From contig OZ220744.1 in the NCBI GenBank assembly GCA_965116925.1, forward strand, positions 5,440,001-5,504,000: a DNA stretch of 64,000 nucleotides, written 5' to 3'. Position numbers and translations under genes: made by a program. This DNA comes from Candidatus Poribacteria bacterium. Lineage in GTDB: Bacteria > Poribacteria > WGA-4E > PCPOR2b. Of the stretch, positions 1 to 10,058 are shown one piece after another (positions within the stretch are counted from its first letter, which is position 1; each line of letters opens with the position of its first letter). A model generated the notes under the pieces. That model was not told where the DNA came from, searched no databases, and saw only the letters and a program-made list of their open reading frames with translations.

Positions 1-470
1 TTAACATCTGTTGCGCTTTGGAACGGAAACTCTTGCCACCAGATTGCGTGATCGGGGTGTGTGACAGCCACATTCAGACGGCTCAACATATCTTTAGAAT
101 GGAAAGACAGCCATGCGAATCTGGAGGGTACAAGTTCAAAGCGAAATGTCCCATCTATCCCTGTACGTGTAAAAAAATCGGAATCATAATGGGAGGAGTG
201 CTCGGATCCAGCACCCCCTTCAAGCGGATAGAAACTTACGGCGTATCGAACTTCGGCATCCGCTACCGGTACACCGTTGTTATCAACGGCGCGGCCGGAA
301 AAGGTCAGCTGTTCGGACCTGTTCTCCGCAGCAGCAGCGAGACCTTGTGCTTCACTTAAAGCATACACTGCCACAGTTAAGAGGAATAGGATTTTGCCAA
401 TAGTTGTGACACTCCACGACGAGACCATTGTCGGCGATGGTATATGGCGAATTTGCTTCATGAATTGCAT
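1..470 (-). CDS. 5' part (runs off window) of a sigma-less paralog of the extracytoplasmic portion of the adjacent ECF sigma protein; exported protein with carboxypeptidase-regulatory-like repeats
   Basis: Manual translation from ATG 470 (SD AAAGGAG): MQFMKQIRHIPSPTMVSSWSVTTIGKILFLLTVAVYALSEAQGLAAAAENRSEQLTFSGRAVDNNGVPVADAEVRYA...; co-linear with 3765-3075. Absent from the ORF track because it has no stop in the window. Confidence 0.85.
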   Translation of the reverse strand, partial: MQFMKQIRHIPSPTMVSSWSVTTIGKILFLLTVAVYALSEAQGLAAAAENRSEQLTFSGRAVDNNGVPVADAEVRYAVSFYPLEGGAGSEHSSHYDSDFFTRTGIDGTFRFELVPSRFAWLSFHSKDMLSRLNVAVTHPDHAIWWQEFPFQSATDV

Positions 471-490
471 CAGAAAATCTCCTTTGAGTG

Positions 491-521
491 CTATAGACAT
501 GTCGCCCCGCTGGGGCTAAAT
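491..521. repeat. REP-like intergenic repeat (CTATARACATGKCGCCCCKCTGGGGCTAAAT), copy 1
   Basis: Near-identical to 49242-49272; contains hairpin GCCCC-nnn-GGGGC. Confidence 0.75.
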
Positions 522-639
522 CAAGCGATGCCCTTTTTGCTGCTTTCACGCAGCAGATCTTCTATCCTGAAAATCCTTCAATCGTGGAAATCCTGACTCA
601 GCCATTCCCAACCACCCTAATTTAGCAATGCCTGGCCGC

Positions 640-3600
640 TCAATCCCCAAGCAGCGCTTGAATTTTATCTTCGTACTCATGCGCCCACGCGCTTCCGGTA
701 ATTTCTCCCGCTGCATTGATTAGAACAATCTCACCTCCCCAGCCGATGGCGTATCGATCAAAGGTTTCACCTTCCGCACTGACGACTTCTGTTGGCGAAT
801 CTAACCCGACCGAATAGGACAGCGATTCCTCTGCGATGTGTTGCCTGACAGTTTTGATCGCTGATGTGACGGGACAGATGGCGACACAAATCAACCCTTT
901 GTCTCGAAAGATCTCCTGCAAGATATTCAGTAGGCGTATCTGTCGAATATGATCGTTGCGATTCAAGGACCAGAAATGCAAGGCAACCGTCTTTCCCTTC
1001 AGATCCTCGATGAATACTGGTGGACCCGACAACCACTCTGCAGCTGCCAATTCCGGTGCGGGTTGGTTCACCAAGGTTTTGAAACGTTCTCTACAGGCTT
1101 CGGAATATGACCGCTTTGCTTGCTGTTCTGGAGTTGGTTCCGGTCTCGCGTCAGCCGGCGTTAGAGCGAAGACCAGATTACTTTGATTCACCGAGATATC
1201 CTCAAAAATTTTGTGGTATTTTCTATCACTGACACGAATCGACACAACTGGATCCTTGATGTGCTTCAGTTCAAATTCGCCATGCACGTTGGTTTGAGTG
1301 TAGGGATATCGGTAGCCGGAGAAGAGGTCTGCTTCGCCTCTTATCGTCACTGTCGCCTGTTCAATCGGTTGCCCATTAGCATTCACAACCTTCCCAGCGA
1401 GATATCCATCCGCCTTGACCAGTACCAAGTCATGCCGTTGGTTGGTTTTCAAAATATTAAATTCATGTCTCGCGTACCTCGGATCGTCGAAAATATACAG
1501 CGAGTAGACAATCGCCATTGAAAGATCATCAAATCGATAATCGCCATTCTCATCGGTGTGCGTTAACCAATTCTGTGCTTGCTGACCTATGCCCAACCGT
1601 ATACTGCGAACCGGCTCGCCAGAGGTATCGGTGACACGTCCTTCAATGAAAAACTCACCATCTACTGGCAGCAGGACGAGATCTGCGATTTGGGTCATCT
1701 CCGCTGTCGGAACGAACCGCTTGGTTTCCGCTCTCCGATACCCTTCTAATTCCACATAGATTTCGTACTCGTCACCAACGATAAGCTCAATCTCTCGGAA
1801 CCGCCCATTATCATCTGTCACAGCAACATTTGTGACGTTTCCTATGTATCGTTGAAGGTCCCAGTGTATCAACTGGATGTCCATTGACGGCATCGGATTT
1901 CCTGCGTGGTCGACCACTTGTCCGGAAACCTTGACCCGTCCGTAGGGTTTCAGCCGAATTTCAATCGGCACATCCGGCTCGACTTCGATCTCTGCCATTC
2001 CACGCAATCCCAATCCGCTATGTTCTGCTTTGAAGCCGAGTCTCTGTCCGGAACGTAGACCAGCAACGGTAAACCTACCCGATGCATCTGATATGCTATA
2101 CACTTCACGCCGGTACCGCGTGTTAGAAATTCTCGCGCCGACGACCGGTTCACCATTTTCTGTTAAAACCCGGCCAACCAACTTTAGCCCTCTTGAGAAC
2201 TGAAAATTGACGACAACGGTCTCACCTTCAACGACATCCACACGCCTCTGAATCTCTCCGATATTGGATCTCTCAATCTGTCCGATACCTTGATAGCCTC
2301 CCGGTGGGTTGGTGTGGACGAGTGCTCGGCCTGGCGCGGCGTCGAAGCGGTAAGCACCAGTTTCATCCGTTATCGTATGATGACCCATCAGTGAAGAGCC
2401 CTCCGGACGGGCAGCATCGTTTAATCTGATCGGGTGCCTGGCAATCGGTTCGTTTGTGTCCTGATCAGTCACCTGTCCGCTGATGATACCACTCCGAATC
2501 AGAATTAGATCTATGTTAACGGTCTCTCCTTCAGAGACCGTGATGGGTTCTTTGGCAATAGCTGTCCACCCTTCTGGCCCGTGATCAAGACCGAGCCTGT
2601 ACGTGCCGGGGGCAACGTTTTTCAGCCGATAATTTCCCCGCCAATTAGTGCGTGCTTCTCGCCACCCCCGAGTCGGATAGATCCCCCGGAACGACACCAT
2701 TGTACCTCTGACTGACTTGCCGGTCCCTGCATAGGTGAGGCGTCCTTCAATCCTGCCCTCACCTTTCAGTCGAAATTCAAGCCTTTTTGCACCAACCGGC
2801 ACACTGTGGTGGCTCTCCTTTGCGTATCCCGGTCCTTGGACATCAAGACTTATTATCGCGCCCTGCGGCAATCTAGGGAGCACAAATTCCCCATTCGCAT
2901 CTGTCTTAACGGGTTGAGGCAAAGCATTATGCGTCAAACGATTTCCGGGATCCCTTAGTATTGGGTCACCACGGAACACGGATTGTATCTGTATCGCTGC
3001 ATTCTGAATTGGCTCACCCGCCTCATTCATCACCTTGCCAGATATGATTTCCGGCGTTTCGAGTTGAATCTCCATATCCGCTGTACTTTGGAACGGAACT
3101 TCTTGCCACCAGATTGCGTGATCGGGATGCGTGACAGCAACATTCAGACGATTCAACATACCTTTAGAATCGAAAGGCATCCAATCGAGTTTTGAAGGCG
3201 AAAGTTCAAATCGAAATGTTCCATCCACCCCCGTACGTGTGAAGAAAAAGGGACCATAATAGGAGGAGGCCCCGGATCCAGCATTCCCTTCAAGCGGATA
3301 GAAACTTACAGCATATCGAAGTCCGGCATTCGCGACCGGCGCATCGTTGTTGTCAACGACGCGGCCGGCAAAGATCCGTTTTTCGGATTCGTTCTTCGCT
3401 GCTGCTGCGCGTTGTGTGCTGCCGTTACCCTCCGGGGTCGTCCTACTATCAGCTAACTGACGACCCCGACTGCCCGAAGCTCGGCTAGAGCCTGCTGGTG
3501 GACGGTTTTCTGTCTGTACCGGAGCGACTGAGATTGACGAGCGTGTTGAGTTGGCAGTGGGTTCCAACAGTACCACCTCGGTTGAACCCGTCCCGACTCG

Positions 3601-4350
3601 CTTCATTGACGGAACGGATAGCGAATCAGTTCCGCGCCTAGTAATTCCAATCAAAACACATACTGCTATGATCAGCGAGAATACGATTTTACCGATAGCC
3701 GTGGCACTCCACGACGACGCCATTGCTGGTGATGAGCTATACCGAATTTGCTCCATGAATTGCATGAGAAAACCTCCTTTGAGTTTCTGGCTTTTCAATA
3801 GGCTGCCATATCGGTCAGACAGTGCGTTCCCAAGTTGCTGACGCGCACGATACAACTTGCCTTTGACTGTGTTGACGGAGACACCGAGAAATTCGGAGAT
3901 CTCCTTCAACGAATGGTCACCCATATAGAACATTGACACCGCAGCTCGATTGTCATCCGAAAGTTCAGAGAGTGCCTGCTCCAGATCCACCCGCCAACCC
4001 TCTGTGGGAGCGGTGTGCGCCGGTTCAACCCGTAGAGCATCGTCCGTGGCCGCCTCCAACGTGGTTTCACGCTGACGTGTTTTAATAACGCTCATCAGTC
4101 GGCGCTTGCACTCGTTGGACATAATCGTATAGAGCCAGCTTCGGAACCGATGCGGATGCCGGAGTTGATAGAGACCGTGATATGCCCGCCAGAAGACCTC
4201 TTGCGTGACATCCTGTGCATCCTCTTCGTTACGGACCTTCTGGAAGGCGTAGGCGTAGACCATATCCTGATACTTGTGGACCAACACCCCGAAGGCGTCT
4301 CGATCGCCTGCCAGTGTTTGGGATACTAACTGTTCGTCGTCTGAACGCAT
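640..4350 (-). CDS. ECF sigma-70 factor with TM helix, long extracytoplasmic extension (carboxypeptidase-regulatory-like repeats) and C-terminal thioredoxin-like domain
   Basis: Region 2 (DAQDVTQEVFWRAY...FRSWLYTI) and region 4 (SLKEISEFLGVSVNTVKGKLYRAR); TM IVFSLIIAVCVLIG; repeated GxVxDxxGxPV..A / TDxxGxF motifs; C-terminal APEL..EWL...LKGKTVALHFW. Start moved to ATG 4350 (GGAGG SD). Confidence 0.9.
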   Translation of the reverse strand: MRSDDEQLVSQTLAGDRDAFGVLVHKYQDMVYAYAFQKVRNEEDAQDVTQEVFWRAYHGLYQLRHPHRFRSWLYTIMSNECKRRLMSVIKTRQRETTLEAATDDALRVEPAHTAPTEGWRVDLEQALSELSDDNRAAVSMFYMGDHSLKEISEFLGVSVNTVKGKLYRARQQLGNALSDRYGSLLKSQKLKGGFLMQFMEQIRYSSSPAMASSWSATAIGKIVFSLIIAVCVLIGITRRGTDSLSVPSMKRVGTGSTEVVLLEPTANSTRSSISVAPVQTENRPPAGSSRASGSRGRQLADSRTTPEGNGSTQRAAAAKNESEKRIFAGRVVDNNDAPVANAGLRYAVSFYPLEGNAGSGASSYYGPFFFTRTGVDGTFRFELSPSKLDWMPFDSKGMLNRLNVAVTHPDHAIWWQEVPFQSTADMEIQLETPEIISGKVMNEAGEPIQNAAIQIQSVFRGDPILRDPGNRLTHNALPQPVKTDANGEFVLPRLPQGAIISLDVQGPGYAKESHHSVPVGAKRLEFRLKGEGRIEGRLTYAGTGKSVRGTMVSFRGIYPTRGWREARTNWRGNYRLKNVAPGTYRLGLDHGPEGWTAIAKEPITVSEGETVNIDLILIRSGIISGQVTDQDTNEPIARHPIRLNDAARPEGSSLMGHHTITDETGAYRFDAAPGRALVHTNPPGGYQGIGQIERSNIGEIQRRVDVVEGETVVVNFQFSRGLKLVGRVLTENGEPVVGARISNTRYRREVYSISDASGRFTVAGLRSGQRLGFKAEHSGLGLRGMAEIEVEPDVPIEIRLKPYGRVKVSGQVVDHAGNPMPSMDIQLIHWDLQRYIGNVTNVAVTDDNGRFREIELIVGDEYEIYVELEGYRRAETKRFVPTAEMTQIADLVLLPVDGEFFIEGRVTDTSGEPVRSIRLGIGQQAQNWLTHTDENGDYRFDDLSMAIVYSLYIFDDPRYARHEFNILKTNQRHDLVLVKADGYLAGKVVNANGQPIEQATVTIRGEADLFSGYRYPYTQTNVHGEFELKHIKDPVVSIRVSDRKYHKIFEDISVNQSNLVFALTPADARPEPTPEQQAKRSYSEACRERFKTLVNQPAPELAAAEWLSGPPVFIEDLKGKTVALHFWSLNRNDHIRQIRLLNILQEIFRDKGLICVAICPVTSAIKTVRQHIAEESLSYSVGLDSPTEVVSAEGETFDRYAIGWGGEIVLINAAGEITGSAWAHEYEDKIQALLGD

Positions 4351-4420
4351 AACAACCTCCCAATCCAAAAAACGAAAATAACAATAGTTCCTCAATGAGA
4401 TACTGAAGCTATTTAATAAT

Positions 4421-4448
4421 TAGACACATTAAGTCGCTTGGAGGTTAT
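4421..4448 (-). promoter_or_regulatory. Putative ECF-type (autoregulatory) promoter of the sigma gene
   Basis: Minus strand ATAACC-17 nt-GTCTA, matching the AAC/GTC pattern of ECF promoters, about 70 nt upstream of the start. Confidence 0.5.
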
Positions 4449-4468
4449 GTCGCATAAAAAATAAATAG

Positions 4469-4497
4469 TTGAAAACGTTGAAGCTGCGTATTACAAT
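4469..4497 (+). promoter_or_regulatory. sigma70-type promoter
   Basis: TTGAAA-17-TACAAT upstream of the vWA gene. Confidence 0.55.
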
Positions 4498-4542
4498 AAA
4501 AAGAAGAAAAGAAAAATCAGATGTCAATGGTAGGTCTCATCT

Positions 4543-6636
4543 ATGTTTGGACTTCAATTTCTAACCCCTCTATTCCTCGCCGTCGGTGCAGCGGCAGCAT
4601 CGCTGCCGCTGATTATTCACCTCCTCAACCGGGAGCGAGCAAGACGGCTTGTGTTCAGCACGATTCGATTCATTAAGATGTCCCATCAAGCGAACGTGCA
4701 GCGGCACCGGCTGAAACAATTGCTCCTGCTGTTGATGCGAATCCTGATCTTGGCGTTGCTTGGGCTTGCCTTCGCACGCCCATTTTTTGCGGATACACCC
4801 GCTACTACCGGGGTGGTAGGTGGAGTGCGAAATATCGTCATTATTCTAGATACCTCCTATAGCATGGGCTATCTTGATACCTTCGATCAGGCGAAAAAGG
4901 CGGCGATTGAACTTGCTGATGACCTTCAACCCAGCGACACCTCCGCCCTTATCTTCACCAACAACAGGGCAAAGGTGATTAAACCGCTCAATGCAGAACA
5001 CCGACACATCCAAACAGCACTAATGGGCGCGCAGCTGACCAATCACACCACGGATTACCTTGACGCCATTCAATCGGCGGATGAGGTACTTGGGGAAGCG
5101 GAGATTGGGGCAAAGCAGATCTACTTTGTCAGCGATTTGCAGCGGATTGGGTGGGAGAATTTCGTTGACACCGATAAACTCAGCCCTGATGTTGAGATTG
5201 CTTTTGTCGATGTAAGTGCAAAAGAGCCGGTCAATCTCGCAATCACCGGCGTGAGTGTGCCACAGGTAGTGCTGAATGAACAGAAGCCAACACAAATGGT
5301 TGTCCGCGTTCAAAATTTTGGAGAACAAGCATTTGAAGGTTTACCGGTGGAACTGTTTATTGATGATAACAATGTCGGCACAACCACACTTGATATCGAA
5401 CCCAATGATGTAATGGACGTTTTGTTCCCAGTCCGTTTCAGAACAGAGAAGATTCATACCGGCTACGCCGCATTACCGGACGACCATCTACAGATTGACG
5501 ATAAGCGATATTTCCGCCTACAAAGTCTGAAGTCAATCAAGGTGCACTGCATCAACGGCGAACCGGGGCGGCGCGATTACGAGAGTGAGACGTTCTTCTT
5601 GGAGGCGGCACTTCAGCCGGGGGTTCAGATTGTGCCAATCGACTTAACACAATCTCGTCAACTGCCAAATGCTTCGGAGATTTCAAAATATGACGTGATT
5701 ATCTTGGCAAACGTGGAGAAATTGACTGAAGCGGAAGCACAGTCTCTGAGGACATTAGTTGGAGGCGGTGGTGGTTTGATTATCGCCGCGGGAGATCGGA
5801 TGGATCTGGTGGCATATCGGAGTATACTCGGTGCGGGCGAAGAACCGTTGATACCGTGTAACTTCGTGCAGCCGGTTGGGGACGCACTCAATCACGATCG
5901 GTTCAGTGTTCTCGCAACGCTCGACTATGATCACCCCATTTTCCATTCGTTCAAGGAACCGAACCACGGTGATTTTGGGAAAGGACGATTCTACCGGTAC
6001 ATCCAAGCCGTACCGCTAAAGGGTTCAACGGTCTTGGCAAGTTTTGACGATGGAAGTCCAGCACTTTTTGAAAAAGCTTATGGAACTGGGCGCGTGCTCT
6101 GCTTCACCTCAACGATTGATCGGGAGTGGACAGATTTGCCGATTCACGGTGTTTATCTCCCGTTTCTGTACGAGGCGATCAAGTATCTCGCGCTCAAGCG
6201 GACGGATGAAAAACCCGATTATCAGATCGGTGATACGGTGGAGTTAGGGGGCTATCAACTGCCAGCGGGAACGGAGGTTGCGATTTTCAACCCAATGGGT
6301 GAGGAAACCCGGACAGAAATCAATGAGAGTAGCGGGGTTATTTACGACGCTACTGAGCATCCAGGAATCTATTCCGCCCATATCTCCGGGGAACAACCGC
6401 GTTACTTTGTCGTCAATCCAGACACGATTGAATCCAACCTCGCCGCCCGCGATACGGAGGAATTGACCAGCATGTTGACCGGTGGTGAAAAAGCTATCCC
6501 CACGGAGGTTGTCACAACGGAAATGATTACAAAGTATCACGGTGAGGTTGAGAAAAATCAGGGCGTGTGGTGGTATTTGATGCTTGGGGTGTTTCTGTTG
6601 GCGGTCGGGGAAATGTTCATCGCAAATCGGATATGA
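4543..6636 (+). CDS. BatA (N-terminal double TM) + vWA domain protein with CARDB/GATase-like domains and C-terminal TM
   Basis: LPLIIHLLNR...FSTIRF BatA motif; vWA MIDAS DTSYSM; C-terminal WWYL...E.FIANR. Confidence 0.85.
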   Translation: MFGLQFLTPLFLAVGAAAASLPLIIHLLNRERARRLVFSTIRFIKMSHQANVQRHRLKQLLLLLMRILILALLGLAFARPFFADTPATTGVVGGVRNIVIILDTSYSMGYLDTFDQAKKAAIELADDLQPSDTSALIFTNNRAKVIKPLNAEHRHIQTALMGAQLTNHTTDYLDAIQSADEVLGEAEIGAKQIYFVSDLQRIGWENFVDTDKLSPDVEIAFVDVSAKEPVNLAITGVSVPQVVLNEQKPTQMVVRVQNFGEQAFEGLPVELFIDDNNVGTTTLDIEPNDVMDVLFPVRFRTEKIHTGYAALPDDHLQIDDKRYFRLQSLKSIKVHCINGEPGRRDYESETFFLEAALQPGVQIVPIDLTQSRQLPNASEISKYDVIILANVEKLTEAEAQSLRTLVGGGGGLIIAAGDRMDLVAYRSILGAGEEPLIPCNFVQPVGDALNHDRFSVLATLDYDHPIFHSFKEPNHGDFGKGRFYRYIQAVPLKGSTVLASFDDGSPALFEKAYGTGRVLCFTSTIDREWTDLPIHGVYLPFLYEAIKYLALKRTDEKPDYQIGDTVELGGYQLPAGTEVAIFNPMGEETRTEINESSGVIYDATEHPGIYSAHISGEQPRYFVVNPDTIESNLAARDTEELTSMLTGGEKAIPTEVVTTEMITKYHGEVEKNQGVWWYLMLGVFLLAVGEMFIANRI

Positions 6637-6678
6637 AACAGCCCAACCGCCCATCAATCAGAACACCAACAAGTAACT

Positions 6679-7509
6679 TTACGTTGGAAGTTGTGCCCAA
6701 GCGGTGATATGCGGCGGCAGGATGAGTGGACGTTTCGACGCAACAACTTCTGCCCGAAGCCGTTGGGCAAGCGTATCCAAATCAACCTCTTCAGCAGTCG
6801 CAATCCCGTATGCTTCCAAGAGCGGGAGTAGGCTTTGAAAAGCGGCTGCTATGAATTGGTAACCTCCCCAAGTTTCCGGACCGCCTACCGGTGCCGTATA
6901 CTGTAGAGTAGGCTCCGGCAAGCCCGCATCGACAAAAGTGCCGTATAGATCAAGCCCCATTCCAACATTTGCCCCTGAACGTCGAAACACCTCTACCCCC
7001 CACTCAGCTAACTGGTTCATTATGGGAATCTCCGGACGAGTAATCGACGCGTAGACCGAAAACTCTACATCCTGAAATGCGACGATACCGCCCGGACGCA
7101 AGCGCGTTGTGAGCTGTTTTAAGGTCGCTACGGGATCCGGCAAATACAGCAGGATCAAGCGCCCAATAAGGGCATCAAAGTCGTTCGGTAGCTCCAAAGT
7201 TTGGACATCCCCCGCCACGAATTGGACGTTTGCTAAACCCGCTACCTGCGCTCGTGTTCGGGCAGTTTCGAGGATCTCCGGGTTCATATCTACACCGAGG
7301 ACCTCTCCCTCACTGCCAACCAACTCCGCAGCGGCGAACGCTACATCCCCAGCACCGCTACCAATATCAAGTACCTTCATTCCAGTAAAGAGACCCGCAT
7401 CCCTGAGAAGCCGTCCCGTTATATCTTCATACAGTCCTGCCTGCTGAATCAACCGTTCCGTCTCCTCTTTGCTACGTCCCATTGTATATGTCCGCTCATT
7501 ATCGGCCAT
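6679..7509 (-). CDS. Class I SAM-dependent methyltransferase
   Basis: VLDIGSGAGD motif; LRPGG. Confidence 0.9.
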   Translation of the reverse strand: MADNERTYTMGRSKEETERLIQQAGLYEDITGRLLRDAGLFTGMKVLDIGSGAGDVAFAAAELVGSEGEVLGVDMNPEILETARTRAQVAGLANVQFVAGDVQTLELPNDFDALIGRLILLYLPDPVATLKQLTTRLRPGGIVAFQDVEFSVYASITRPEIPIMNQLAEWGVEVFRRSGANVGMGLDLYGTFVDAGLPEPTLQYTAPVGGPETWGGYQFIAAAFQSLLPLLEAYGIATAEEVDLDTLAQRLRAEVVASKRPLILPPHITAWAQLPT

Positions 7510-7570
7510 GTCGATTTATCCTCCTGCTTATTAGTAAAAAACATACAGAATGGTTTACACACCCTGTTGT

Positions 7571-8800
7571 TTACGGTTCAATTAATTTATGGAACTGTAC
7601 TTCACCATTGATAATCTGTTTAATCACCACGCTTTTAGACGTGTGTCGATTTTCATCGTAACCAGAGATAAACGTTGCTCCGCTATAATTCATCGTCGCC
7701 GCGAGTTGATCGCGAATGGCTGCTGATGTCAAATTATCCGCACGACGCATTGCCTGAACTACGAGCCGAAGCGCATCATATCCCAGCGCAGCCCCTCCAT
7801 CAGGCAACATGCCAAACATTGCAGTGTAGGTGGTCACAAACTGATAGACATCTTCACCCAAATCGCTCGGTTCCGCTTCCGCTGAAAAGCCGCTACTGAA
7901 GAAACTTCCGTCAATAACCGTTCCAGCCTCCTCAACCAATGCCACGTTGTCCCAAGCATCACCGCCGATGAAGGTCGCTGTTATCCCAATCTCCTCCCTT
8001 GCTTGTCGGACCAGTAGAGGGACTTCAGGAAGGAAACCGGTGCTAAAGATTACGTCCGGCGTAGCTTCAGCGACTGTAGTTAGTTGTGCGGTGAAATCGG
8101 TATCCCCTGCTGTGTAAAACTCATCAGCTACCACGTGACCTCCATGAGCAATAAAACTATCAATGAAGGTTTGCGATAAACCCTCCGAATAGACATCGCC
8201 CTTGTGCGTAAGGACTGCAGCGGTCTTTGCCTCTAAATCTTGCAAGGCAAATGCAGCCATCGCCACCCCCTGAAAGTCATCGGTGAATGCTGCCATAAAC
8301 ACAAAGTCACCCGCAGCAGTAACAGACGGATTAGTGGCGGAGGTTGCCATCATCGGTATACCATGATTTTGTGCAATTTCTCCGACAACTACGGCATAAG
8401 TTGAACGGTTGGGGCCGACGATTGCGGACACCTCTTCTTCGACAATCAATTCCAATGCTAGTTCTGTAACATATTCCGTTTCGTTTATATTCTCGCTTAC
8501 GAAACGTTGGGTCGGTATACCGCGAGCGACTAATTGTATCGGTATGCCGCGTACACCCCCTGCTTCATTCAGTTGCATTGTCGCTAATTCTGCCCCGTGC
8601 CGGCTATTGTTTCGGTTCGGCGTGGTATAGAGAAAGCCGATTTTAACCGCCTCCTCATCGCCCCCATCCGGTAATGGTGCGAGCAGTTGTTGGACCTGAT
8701 CACATCCCCAAAATAGGGTAATCAGTAAAAATAGTAAAATCCAAATCCGACCAATGAACTCGCGTTCAGTTAGCCGGGGGCGTTGCTCTGTCACTACCAT
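7571..8800 (-). CDS. ABC transporter substrate-binding lipoprotein, LivJ/LivK (branched-chain amino acid) family
   Basis: Lipobox LFWGC; ATNPSVT..GDFVF, DFTAQL, ALGYDA motifs. Confidence 0.88.
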   Translation of the reverse strand: MVVTEQRPRLTEREFIGRIWILLFLLITLFWGCDQVQQLLAPLPDGGDEEAVKIGFLYTTPNRNNSRHGAELATMQLNEAGGVRGIPIQLVARGIPTQRFVSENINETEYVTELALELIVEEEVSAIVGPNRSTYAVVVGEIAQNHGIPMMATSATNPSVTAAGDFVFMAAFTDDFQGVAMAAFALQDLEAKTAAVLTHKGDVYSEGLSQTFIDSFIAHGGHVVADEFYTAGDTDFTAQLTTVAEATPDVIFSTGFLPEVPLLVRQAREEIGITATFIGGDAWDNVALVEEAGTVIDGSFFSSGFSAEAEPSDLGEDVYQFVTTYTAMFGMLPDGGAALGYDALRLVVQAMRRADNLTSAAIRDQLAATMNYSGATFISGYDENRHTSKSVVIKQIINGEVQFHKLIEP

Positions 8801-8849
8801 CCTCCTGTCAGGTGCGGGGTAAGATACAATGCCCGATCCTACTACAAAC

Positions 8850-10058
8850 TTATGGCTCGATTAATTTATAAAATCGTGCTTCACCATTGATAATTTGGTT
8901 GATGACTGCGCTCTTGTTTGGGTGTCGGTTTCCGTTGTAGCCGGAGATAAAGGTTGCTCCGCTATAATTCGTGGTCGCTGCAAGCTGGTCCCGTATTGTA
9001 GTTGGAGCTAAATCATCTGCACGACGCATCGCCTGAACTACGAGCCGAACCCCATCATAGCCTAGCGCAGCACCCCCGGCGGGCGCGACCTTGAAGATTG
9101 AGGTGTAGGCGGTGATAAATTGATCTGCGTCTTCACCCAAATCCCCCGGCGCGACGTCGGCTGAAAAAAGGCTGCTAAAAAAACTCCCTTCAAGAATCTC
9201 GCTGCTATCAGAAATTAACGCCGAGTTATCCCAACTGTCACCACCAAGGAGAATGCCTGTTATACCGAACCTTTTCGCCTGTTGAACCACCAATGGAATT
9301 TCGGATGCAAAGCCGGGCAGAAAAAAGACATCCGGCGCAGCTTCAGCGATAGCGGTCAGTTGTGCGGTGAAATCGGTATCTCCCCTCATGTAAAATTGAG
9401 CGTGTACAACCTCGCCACCCAAAGCGGTAAAGTTATCAATGAAGGTTTGCGATAAGCCCTCCGAATAGAGAGACTCTCTGCGCGTGAGGACTGCCGCGGT
9501 CTTTGCCCCTAAATCTTGCGCGGCAAATGTTGCCATAACCTTCCCCTGAAAGTCGTCGGTGAACGCCGCCATAAATACAAAGTCACCTGCAGCGGTAACT
9601 GACGGATTGGTGGCAGTGGTGGTCACCATTGGAACTCCGTAGCGTTGGGCAATTGGTCCAATAGCCACAGCATAATTCGATCTGTTGGGCCCGACGATTG
9701 CCGATACCCCCTCTTGGATAATCAGTTCTTCGGCTACCCCTGTGGCTTGGTCCGCGTCGCTTATATTACCGCGTGCGATAATTTCGATCTCCCTACCATG
9801 CGCTCCACCCTCTCCGTTCAATTCCAGTGCCGCTAATTCTGCGCCGTTCAGACTATTGCTTCGGATTTCGCTAGTATATATAAAACCAATTTTGATAGTG
9901 CTGTCATCATCTTCAGGCGGCACTGGTACAAGCAATTGTTGGACATCCTCACACCCCGCAAATAGAAGGATTCCTATGATTAGAGCTAAATAATTAACAG
10001 CATAAAAAAAACTCCCGTTCCAATCTTTGAAAATCCTGCGTATTCCCTGATGTGTCAT
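8850..10058 (-). CDS. ABC transporter substrate-binding lipoprotein, LivJ/LivK family (tandem paralog)
   Basis: Lipobox FAGC; highly similar to 7571-8800. Confidence 0.88.
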   Translation of the reverse strand: MTHQGIRRIFKDWNGSFFYAVNYLALIIGILLFAGCEDVQQLLVPVPPEDDDSTIKIGFIYTSEIRSNSLNGAELAALELNGEGGAHGREIEIIARGNISDADQATGVAEELIIQEGVSAIVGPNRSNYAVAIGPIAQRYGVPMVTTTATNPSVTAAGDFVFMAAFTDDFQGKVMATFAAQDLGAKTAAVLTRRESLYSEGLSQTFIDNFTALGGEVVHAQFYMRGDTDFTAQLTAIAEAAPDVFFLPGFASEIPLVVQQAKRFGITGILLGGDSWDNSALISDSSEILEGSFFSSLFSADVAPGDLGEDADQFITAYTSIFKVAPAGGAALGYDGVRLVVQAMRRADDLAPTTIRDQLAATTNYSGATFISGYNGNRHPNKSAVINQIINGEARFYKLIEP

